DNA from: an uncultured Pseudomonadota bacterium
GTDB taxonomy: Bacteria > Myxococcota_A > Polyangia > Fen-1088
NCBI GenBank assembly: GCA_963847705.1
Contig: CAWKBC010000029.1
Coordinates: forward strand, 97,278-161,277
Reading direction: 5' to 3'
Length of the DNA: 64,000 bases
Shown: positions 38,112 to 45,475 of the stretch, in pieces
Layout of the letters: each line of letters begins with the position of its first letter
Position numbering within the stretch: position 1 is the stretch's first letter
Made by a program: the position numbers and the translations under genes
Notes under the pieces: generated by a model
The model's database searches: none
Seen by the model: only the letters and a program-made list of their open reading frames with translations
What the model was told of the DNA's origin: nothing

Positions 38112-38426
38112 CTAAGGGGTTGATGCGAGAAGCCAGGTGAAGTCCTGGTGGAGCCAGGCGACCATGTTGCCGCGTGGACCGACGAAGGGGATGGGCTCCC
38201 AGCGGTTGGAGTGGGTGCGTACGTCGACACGCCAGTTGTCGCGTTCCAGAAGGCGGAAGCGGAGCCGGACCTCGGGGTCTGTGGTCGGGCCGGACTCTAC
38301 GAAGACGGCGTTTCGCACGACGCGCGCGCGAAGGTGCTTGTAGCCCAGGATATGCAGCAGCCGCTCGATTCCGGCGGCATCGTCGGCAAGGGTGGCGGGG
38401 GGCTTCTTACTCGTGGCTTTGGGCAT
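38112..38426 (-). CDS. small hypothetical protein
   Basis: ATG 38426: MPKATSKKPPATLADDAAGIERLLHILGYKHLRARVVRNAVFVESG...RWEPIPFVG...; 104 aa. The start lies 20 nt from the IS630 transposase stop. Confidence 0.4.
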   Translation of the reverse strand: MPKATSKKPPATLADDAAGIERLLHILGYKHLRARVVRNAVFVESGPTTDPEVRLRFRLLERDNWRVDVRTHSNRWEPIPFVGPRGNMVAWLHQDFTWLLASTP

Positions 38427-38429
38427 CAG

Positions 38430-39600
38430 GGCCGGCCGAGCCACATCAGGCGGCGAGGCGCGGACGTTGATGCTGATCGAACCGGCCCCGGAAAGTCCAG
38501 CGGAACGGATGGGCTTCCTGGCGGTTCCAATGTTCGATGAACGACAGGAGGCGCTTTTCCAGTTCACCAGGCGTCCGGAAGTCTCCGAAGCGAATCACGC
38601 GGCGCTGAAGAATCCCGAACCAGATTTCGATCTGGTTCACCCACGATGCGTGGATGGGTGTGTACACAAAATGAAAGCGATTCCCGTGGCGGCGGTTGAA
38701 ACGGGCCCACTCTGCGCCGCAGTGAATGTTGAGGTTGTCCCAGACGATATACACGTCGCCGGTCGGGTAGCGACGGGCAAGATCCTCCATGAAGGCCAAG
38801 AGGTCCGCTGCAGTTCGACGTGCGCGAACATGCGCGAAGACCTCGCCGGTGCGGATGTCGAACGCCCCGATCAGCGTCCGGGTGCCGCGCCGTACGTACT
38901 CACATTCGAATCGATTGGGTTGGCCTGGCCGCCCGGGACGCATCGGAAACCGGCGGCCCAGCGCCTGAATGCAGGTCTTCTCGTCGACGCACAGGACCGT
39001 CGCCCCTTTTGGGGGTCGAAGTGTACAGGCGGCAGATTCGGCGCACCTTCGGGCGGAACTTTGGGTCTGGGCTGTGTAGCCACAAGCTGACCCGATGCGG
39101 TCGCATTCCCTCGGTTCGAAGAATCCTGCCAATCTCGCTTACGCTGAGCGTGTGCCCGGTTTCGCGCCGGAGGGCCTCTCGGAGCGTTTTGTAAGTCCAC
39201 GTATCCCGAAACCGCATGCGCTTCTCGTCCGGCCGAATGCAAGCCAGCTTCACGAGTTCGAGGCGCACCTCCATCGGCACCCTCGACGGGCGCCCGCTAC
39301 GAGGCATGTCGCACAGATCATCGAGGTCCCCGCTCCCCATGAACCGATCCCGCCACTGGCGAACCGTCACCCGCGTCGTGGAGAGCCGCCGAGCCACTTC
39401 CGCCACCGAAATCCCCGACGCCAGCATCAGGATGATCCGCGCCCGTAGGCCAGTCCGATACTCCACCCGCTGGCCGCGCACCAACGCCATCAGCGCCTTT
39501 CGCTGCTGTCGCGTCACCTTCAGCCGACCTTGCTGCGGTCTTGCCATACCGCAGCGATCGATCTCGCCTCGATTCTATTCCCGACGGTCAGGAACTTTCG
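38430..39600 (-). mobile_element. IS630-family insertion sequence (ends not resolved)
   Basis: Contains the transposase frames below. Terminal inverted repeats could not be identified by eye, so the boundaries are approximate. Confidence 0.55.
38446..39547 (-). CDS. IS630-family DDE transposase, in two frames joined at an A4 tract
   Basis: The N-terminal HTH part (ORF 38900..39547: ...SGISVAEVARRLSTTRVTVRQW...RICRLYTSTPK) continues in the +1 frame (ORF 38446..39132: GATVLCVDEKTCIQALGR...VWDNLNIHCG...YTPIHASWVNQIEIWF). The junction is at CCCCCAAAAGGGG (39004-39016, minus strand). Confidence 0.75.
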
Positions 39601-39610
39601 GTCTCACGAA

Positions 39611-42600
39611 CTAGTTACTCGTAAGCAGGCGGCGCACGTCTGGAACCTGGAGCGCTTTATACTCAACGCCAAGAAGAGTGCACATTCGCTGTTTGAGCGC
39701 CCTGTCTCCTCCAAACAGGTAAAAGTGTTCGACTACAATTCGCCCGACAGCGTCACGCGCAAGAGCGTTGTCCTTGAGATCCCGAGCAAGCTCCTTAACC
39801 AGACCTTCGGGGAATGTCCCATTATTCTCCAGCGCGATCGCCACGTCGATAAGCCTCACTGCCACCGTCGGCGAATCAGACAGAAGACGTTCGTAAGTTG
39901 TAGTCAGCGCCGGCGATCCCACCGACGATGCAACTCTTTTGACCAGGCCGAATGTCACCATCCTCGCGAGCATTACCAGCGTGGCCTGCGCCCGCTCTCT
40001 TACCTCATCATCTTTGAACGTTGGAAATCGTTCACGTACCATTGCGATAACGTCCGCGACTATCTCCTCTTCATTGTTTTTAAGCAGACGAAACACCATC
40101 CCCAGCGCCCGAAGCCCGATGCCATAACATTCCTTGGCGATTTCGAATTTCGTATCCGCCTCGAGCGATCCAGGAAAGTTCTTGAGGCTCTGCCCGAGGA
40201 CCTGGAGAGTCTTCAGCGCTCCGTTCATCCGCATTATCGGGTCGACAGCCGCGCGCGCCGGATCGATTGCATCTCCGTCGCGGTCGTCCTCCGCCTCCGT
40301 CCCTTGCACATGCTCGTCTCTCGCAAGCGCAAGTTCGCGCCTCGCGTCCGACACCGCCTTCTCTTCATAGACCAAGTCACCAACGAGTGCCTCGAGGTCA
40401 TTTATGAACCCAACGTCGTCCGCCAAGCGAGCCGAATCAATGTCGCTAAATGAGTCACGTGCCGCGTTCAACATTTCCCGAACGATAGACGGGTCTTTCG
40501 ACAGATGGGCCAAAAACAACATGATATTCGCATAGCGCGTCCGATAGAGCGCACGTGCCATCGTCTTTATTTCGACCTGGATATCCGATCGCGATATGTG
40601 GTCGCGCATATAGTTGGCGGTGAAATAGTAAAGGAGATAGCGATGCTTAAACTGATATCTCTCACCCGACTTGCTTATCACTCTTTGATCCATCAGTTCA
40701 TCACGAACCCGCTCGAACGGACGCTCAATTTCATACCGTTCGACATACTCCGCATTGATTCGACGCCACTCGTCTTCAGCTAACTCGGTCACTCCCATGC
40801 CATGCAGACGATGCGCGAAAAACGACAAATACCCGACTGCGATATCGTAGTCGCCCTTCGACCTGTTCTTCGACAGCGCCAGCCGAACGAACAGCTCGAA
40901 GAAATAGCCGTGGGTACTAGCATTTGTATCAATTGGCGTGGCCGCCTCCGCGCCTTGCAAGATCGCCAATATGTAGATCGGGAATGGCGGAACAAAGTTC
41001 TTGCCCAGGATGACATCTAGCTGCCGATCGATTTCAACGAGACGTCGAGCAACTTCAGGACCGTCAGCATCGTAGTTATCTGACAGCGAGAACCACTTCT
41101 CGATCATCTCATTTCTTTGAACGCGCCCGAACGGCTGAATGTGATAGTGAGAAAACGTCGCGTCGCCGGACGGGCGCATGACGTCGGTTAGATTCTGGGC
41201 GACGTCATCGGCCAGCAAAACGACGGTGTCGGCCAGCATTGCCAAATTCGACACAAAAGCGTGTCGCGCCTTTCCGTTGAGCGGGATCTTATGGAAATCG
41301 TCCACGATGATGGCCTTTTTTCGCCGATCGTGCTGCGAATATCGATCCAGGGATCCCGGTTCGTACTGTTCCGAAAACTCTCCTTCGACGTAGCGCGAAA
41401 GCCCGTCGCTCTGTGGCGGGCGGCGCTGGCCTCGTAGCCATACGGGCACGATTCCTTGGTCGAGAAGCCTCGAGAAGAGCATTTTCCCCAACGAGGTGCG
41501 TCCCGACTGACTTTCACCGGAGAGGAGCAATTTTGGTTTTTGCTTTAGCAAACCAATAATCCCGTCTGCCTTTACTAACTCGCCTTGCTGTTGAGTCAGC
41601 AGTCGAATCTCACGAACGTCCGGAAACACAAACACATCTGAGAGTTTCAGCACACCCCGGTCGCGATGAGTGAGGTCCACCCCCGGGGATTCGATGAACT
41701 CTATCGTCTTCGGCTTGAGCTGAAACTCGCTTCCCTTTCGGTGCCGTGTTCGAAAGCCTTCCCAGTCCTTGGCGGAAGCCGCGAGGTACCGCTCGCCGTT
41801 CCACTTGACGCTGAGGACCTTCTGCTTTTGGGCTGTGGTGTCTACGAGGATGAGGTTAAAGGCGCTTCGTGTTGGATCGTCGCGATCCTGCAGCACGTGG
41901 CCCTCGACGTAGGAGACGTCCCCCGAAACTGTCTCGACCTTCCGATGCGAGTGCTCGTGTTCGTGCCCGGTCAAAATCACGTCGGAGATACGCTCCAATT
42001 GCGAACGAACGACGCGGGCATTCGACGGTTCGAGCCAGTTCATCGGATGGTGGAGTAGCGTTACGACGACATCTTCCCCTGCCTTTTCGGCGACAGCGTG
42101 AGGAGGGAAAAACAGAGAGCCGGGTCGTTCCTGGCGCCGGGACAGCGAGGCCGTATTGCAGCACAGAAAGCGCACCGATTCCCCACCGGCCTCAACGGCA
42201 ATCTCGTATGCGATACGTGGATCAAGGGGCCCGCTCGGCCGCCTTGCGGGCGACTGAACTGAATCGAGAAACTCAAAGAAATTGTCCTGGGCTTTCAGAA
42301 GGACCTGCCACATCGACGGATCATTTATGCTAGACGACTCCCGCAACATTGCGTCAGCGACATAGCCACGAGCTCCATCAACTTCTGGGAGTACACAGTC
42401 GTGATTGCCGGGCACCACAATCACCGACACAGGGACCGACGTCCCTGTACCCGGCTTCGCACTCAATGTTGAGGCTAGTTCCTTGGACAGCCAATCGACA
42501 AGCTCCTCGGCGACGGTAAACTCCTCGTCTCGGCCAGCCTGTACGACGTCGCCTGTAATCGCCAGGACAGCCGCATCCAGACCATATTCGGTGTTTTGAA

Positions 42601-42691
42601 TTGCTTGAACGATTGCTTTGCGACGCGAGAGGACGGGATCCGTCTCTGTCGCGAGATGAATGTCGCTAAGGTGAACTATTACAAGTTTCAA
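39611..42691 (-). CDS. metallophosphoesterase / P-loop NTPase / helical-repeat (STAND-like) multidomain protein
   Basis: TTG 42691 preceded by GGGAGG. Metallophosphoesterase motifs HLSDIHL, ITGDVV, VPGNHD, LLHHP, LTGHEHEH. Walker A GESQSGRTS (41492-41518). Walker B KKAIIVDDF. About 550 aa of C-terminal alpha-helical region. GC is roughly 52-55% in hand-counted lines. Confidence 0.7.
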   Translation of the reverse strand: MKLVIVHLSDIHLATETDPVLSRRKAIVQAIQNTEYGLDAAVLAITGDVVQAGRDEEFTVAEELVDWLSKELASTLSAKPGTGTSVPVSVIVVPGNHDCVLPEVDGARGYVADAMLRESSSINDPSMWQVLLKAQDNFFEFLDSVQSPARRPSGPLDPRIAYEIAVEAGGESVRFLCCNTASLSRRQERPGSLFFPPHAVAEKAGEDVVVTLLHHPMNWLEPSNARVVRSQLERISDVILTGHEHEHSHRKVETVSGDVSYVEGHVLQDRDDPTRSAFNLILVDTTAQKQKVLSVKWNGERYLAASAKDWEGFRTRHRKGSEFQLKPKTIEFIESPGVDLTHRDRGVLKLSDVFVFPDVREIRLLTQQQGELVKADGIIGLLKQKPKLLLSGESQSGRTSLGKMLFSRLLDQGIVPVWLRGQRRPPQSDGLSRYVEGEFSEQYEPGSLDRYSQHDRRKKAIIVDDFHKIPLNGKARHAFVSNLAMLADTVVLLADDVAQNLTDVMRPSGDATFSHYHIQPFGRVQRNEMIEKWFSLSDNYDADGPEVARRLVEIDRQLDVILGKNFVPPFPIYILAILQGAEAATPIDTNASTHGYFFELFVRLALSKNRSKGDYDIAVGYLSFFAHRLHGMGVTELAEDEWRRINAEYVERYEIERPFERVRDELMDQRVISKSGERYQFKHRYLLYYFTANYMRDHISRSDIQVEIKTMARALYRTRYANIMLFLAHLSKDPSIVREMLNAARDSFSDIDSARLADDVGFINDLEALVGDLVYEEKAVSDARRELALARDEHVQGTEAEDDRDGDAIDPARAAVDPIMRMNGALKTLQVLGQSLKNFPGSLEADTKFEIAKECYGIGLRALGMVFRLLKNNEEEIVADVIAMVRERFPTFKDDEVRERAQATLVMLARMVTFGLVKRVASSVGSPALTTTYERLLSDSPTVAVRLIDVAIALENNGTFPEGLVKELARDLKDNALARDAVGRIVVEHFYLFGGDRALKQRMCTLLGVEYKALQVPDVRRLLTSN

Positions 42692-43406
42692 CGTGACCTC
42701 CCAGGGGCTAGGGACGGAGGAGATGATTCCTAAGGTGGATAGACTCGTCCGAGCGCCGTTCAAATGGCGGGCTGAGCTGCGGGTCCCGCTACATTTCATC
42801 AATAGCTTGCTCGTTGGTCAAGAGATAGGCGGCGGTTTGCGCGTTTTCGGGCCCGCGCATTTCCTGCCTCTTGGCCAAGGGCCGGACACCTCCCAGACTC
42901 AATCCCCAGACGTGATACGATGCGCTTGGCTATCAGTTGCGGCTCGCAGCCAAAGGGGCGAGCTTGAAACGAATCATGATCTCGGGCGTGATGGCTCTCG
43001 CAGTTCGGGTCAGGGTAGGGACGTACTCAAAAGCCCTCGCCTCCTCCAGTCGAGCATCGGGGCTGCTGTTCACACCACGGCGGCGAGTGCGGGTGCGATA
43101 GCGGTCATGACAAGGGCTGCGACGGCACCGTTAGTCCTACCTGCGGCTGTGACTAATATAGGCGTCCCAAGCCTCGCTGAGGCTCGACGTGCTGGCCCGA
43201 TGGTGGCCCCCGTACTCGTTCGTAGCGGGCGTCGCTGCTGCGCGCGTGCCACTGAAGGTAGCGGCCTCAGATCGCGATCCTTACGGCCATTCGTTTACAG
43301 CCGCGTCGCGCCAAGACAGGCTGTGTTCGTCGAGCGGATCAGGCCGCCAGATCTCGGGACACCGAAGCAGGATCGCTGAAGAAGCGGGCGAGCCTAGCCC
43401 CGTCTC

Positions 43407-43428
43407 TGTGACCCCATCGGGAATTGAA
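43407..43428. repeat. attL: 22-bp direct repeat tgtgaccccatcgggaattgaa (copy of the tRNA-Glu 3' end)
   Basis: Identical to 57739..57760. The bases on both sides differ. Confidence 0.8.
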
Positions 43429-43791
43429 AGCACCCCAAGCGTCACGAAACGGAGCGAGGATCTGTCATCTCCGACGGAAAACCGAGGAACGAGGTCGTCG
43501 AAAAGGCGCCTCGTCGCGCTGAGCGGTAGCAAAGTAGCAAAAATCGCTGCAATTGCGCGAAATGCTGTAGAAAATTACGATCTGACTCGGGCAATCGAGG
43601 TACTAGAGGAGCTGCGGCGGCTCGGCGAAGGGCGATCGCGCTGAAGGCACTGAAGGCCGCGATCCGGTTGCTAGAATCCTTCAAGGACGCGCCGGAGAGC
43701 CCCCTCGGTGCCACGCGCAGGTGACGAAGAATCGGGACACGGCGCGCAATCTATAGCGCGAACCCCGGCTCTGCCAGCGCGGCCGTGCGAT

Positions 43792-44625
43792 TCAGGCCGC
43801 CGGCCAGTGAATGGCTACCCAGGCGTCGATCTCGCGCCAGGCATCGGCGTTGAGCGCGTCGTTGTGACCGACGCCCGGCACCAGGAGTAGCTTCTTCGGT
43901 CCCGCGAGCGCGCGGGTGATGCGTTCGGAGTGGGCGGGTGGCGTCTCCCGATCGTTAGCGCCGTGAATGACCAGGACCGGGACCCGAATCCGGGCGGCGG
44001 CCGCGGCGGGATTCACCTCATCGGCGCGGAACCTCGCCTCCGCTTCGGCGAGCCGGAACGCCTCGTCGATGTTGCCGCGGCTGGCGAAGAAGGGCGCGCG
44101 CTCGGCGGCCACCGTGCGCAGGTCCGAGAACGCCGAGACCGCGACCACCAGCGCGATCCGCGGATCGTCGGCTGCGGCCTGCAGCGCGACCGCCGCGCCA
44201 AGCGATGCCCCGAGCGCCAGAACCGGCCCACCCCCCACCTTGTCGATAGCTCGGCTCAGATCCTTCTTCTCGTAGAACCCATACGTGCAGGCATCGCCGC
44301 CCGACTCGCCGTGGGCGCGGCTGTCATAAGCGAGCACGTCGAACCCGAGCGCGGTGAAGTGCGCCGCCACGCCGATCCCCGAGGCGCGGTTATCGCCGAC
44401 GCCGTGCAGGTAGACGACCAGGCCGCGGCGCGGCCGCTCGGTGCGAAACAGCCAACCGCGCAGGTGGACCCCAACGTCGAGGTCGACGTTCTCGTATTTC
44501 GCTACCGGCACCTGGGAGACCGGTCGCCGCGGCGGGTGAAGCAACGCGTTCGCCGCCCAGGAGGGCGGCATGCACGACGGCAGCAGCGCCGAGACAACGA
44601 CGACGGCGACCCGAAGAGAGCGCAA
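43792..44625 (-). CDS. alpha/beta hydrolase (dienelactone hydrolase / S9-like) lipoprotein
   Basis: TTG 44625 gives MRSLRVAVVVVSALLPSC. YLHGVGDNRASG, nucleophile elbow GASLGAA, VLVIHGANDRETPP, and a GVGHND histidine. Confidence 0.7.
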   Translation of the reverse strand: MRSLRVAVVVVSALLPSCMPPSWAANALLHPPRRPVSQVPVAKYENVDLDVGVHLRGWLFRTERPRRGLVVYLHGVGDNRASGIGVAAHFTALGFDVLAYDSRAHGESGGDACTYGFYEKKDLSRAIDKVGGGPVLALGASLGAAVALQAAADDPRIALVVAVSAFSDLRTVAAERAPFFASRGNIDEAFRLAEAEARFRADEVNPAAAAARIRVPVLVIHGANDRETPPAHSERITRALAGPKKLLLVPGVGHNDALNADAWREIDAWVAIHWPAA

Positions 44626-44935
44626 CGCGAGAACTCTACCGCGCGCGCGTGGAAGACGCGATCTCAGTGCGGCGTGATACGCGCGACCACGTCCAGCCGG
44701 GTCCGGGCCCAGCCGCGGCGGAGGACGAGGGCGCGGTAGGCGCCGTCGAGTTCGCCCTCCAACGCCGTGAGCAACTTGTCGGCCTCCGCGAGATCGCGCG
44801 CGGCCACCCTCCGAGCCGCTCTCTTCTTTCGAGGTGCTCGTTCGCCTCGGTCGTGTTCCAAACACGCCTGATCAGCTCGTTTCCTGTCAGACTCGATCCG
44901 AACCTTGTCGCATCGTGGCTCGCGCGCCCTCGGCC

Positions 44936-45463
44936 TTACTTGCTGTAGATGCGTAACGGCGGTGCTGAGGCCTGCGAGACCTCGCGATAAGAACCCTTCA
45001 GACTGCTTTCTCCGAACCAAAACAGATACCAGATCGGGCCCTTGATTGTTGATCGGGTCTTATCGGCGGCGGTCCCGACCGCAACAATCCACCCCTGCCA
45101 TCGCAGCACAGAGTCGAGTAGTCCAACCCCGAGGCCGAGCTCGACGGGCTTGCCACGGTAAAAGAGGCGTCCGTCCCTTTCAACACGAACGTCGCTTCTC
45201 GCAGACTTTGCAGCATCGTTTTCTTTGATCATCTTCCAGAACTTCTGGTCGTCGAGGAACTCGACGCCATCGACGACTTCGACCGCGCGTTGCTCCTTTG
45301 CGTCCCATCGATGCCCGCAGCGCCGCAGCGCCGGCACACCGTCGATGAATTCGACCGAATGATTGCTCAGCATCAAAAACGCCCGGTTGGCTGCAACGCC
45401 CGCGTCGGCCGTCCCTGACATCATCACTGCCGCTCCGAGCAGAATAGCGACATGCAGTTCCAT
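44936..45463 (-). CDS. putative immunity protein for the upstream RHS toxin (secreted, unknown family)
   Basis: Starts 13 nt after the RHS stop. Signal MELHVAILLGAAVMMSGTADA. 175 aa. Lower GC, like the RHS tip. Confidence 0.45.
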   Translation of the reverse strand: MELHVAILLGAAVMMSGTADAGVAANRAFLMLSNHSVEFIDGVPALRRCGHRWDAKEQRAVEVVDGVEFLDDQKFWKMIKENDAAKSARSDVRVERDGRLFYRGKPVELGLGVGLLDSVLRWQGWIVAVGTAADKTRSTIKGPIWYLFWFGESSLKGSYREVSQASAPPLRIYSK

Positions 45464-45475
45464 TAGCCCTCCTCA

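Noticed and set aside
38397-39621. 8-bp direct repeat TTACTCGT at 38397-38404 and 39614-39621, considered as a target-site duplication of the IS
   Set aside because: IS630-family elements duplicate only TA. Both copies lie in coding sequence (TSK / TSN codons). The sequences just inside them are not inverted repeats of each other.
42693-43379. 228-aa plus-strand ORF in the gap between the giant NTPase gene and attL
   Set aside because: No recognisable motifs. It begins inside the NTPase gene on the opposite strand. It looks like a mixed-composition random ORF, and the region is treated as non-coding or decayed.
44664-45020. 118-aa minus-strand ORF between the immunity-like gene and the hydrolase gene
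   Set aside because: Its first 28 codons overlap the upstream gene. There is no ATG after that, only weak TTG/GTG options giving 47-65 aa. The sequence is basic and low-complexity, so evidence is insufficient.
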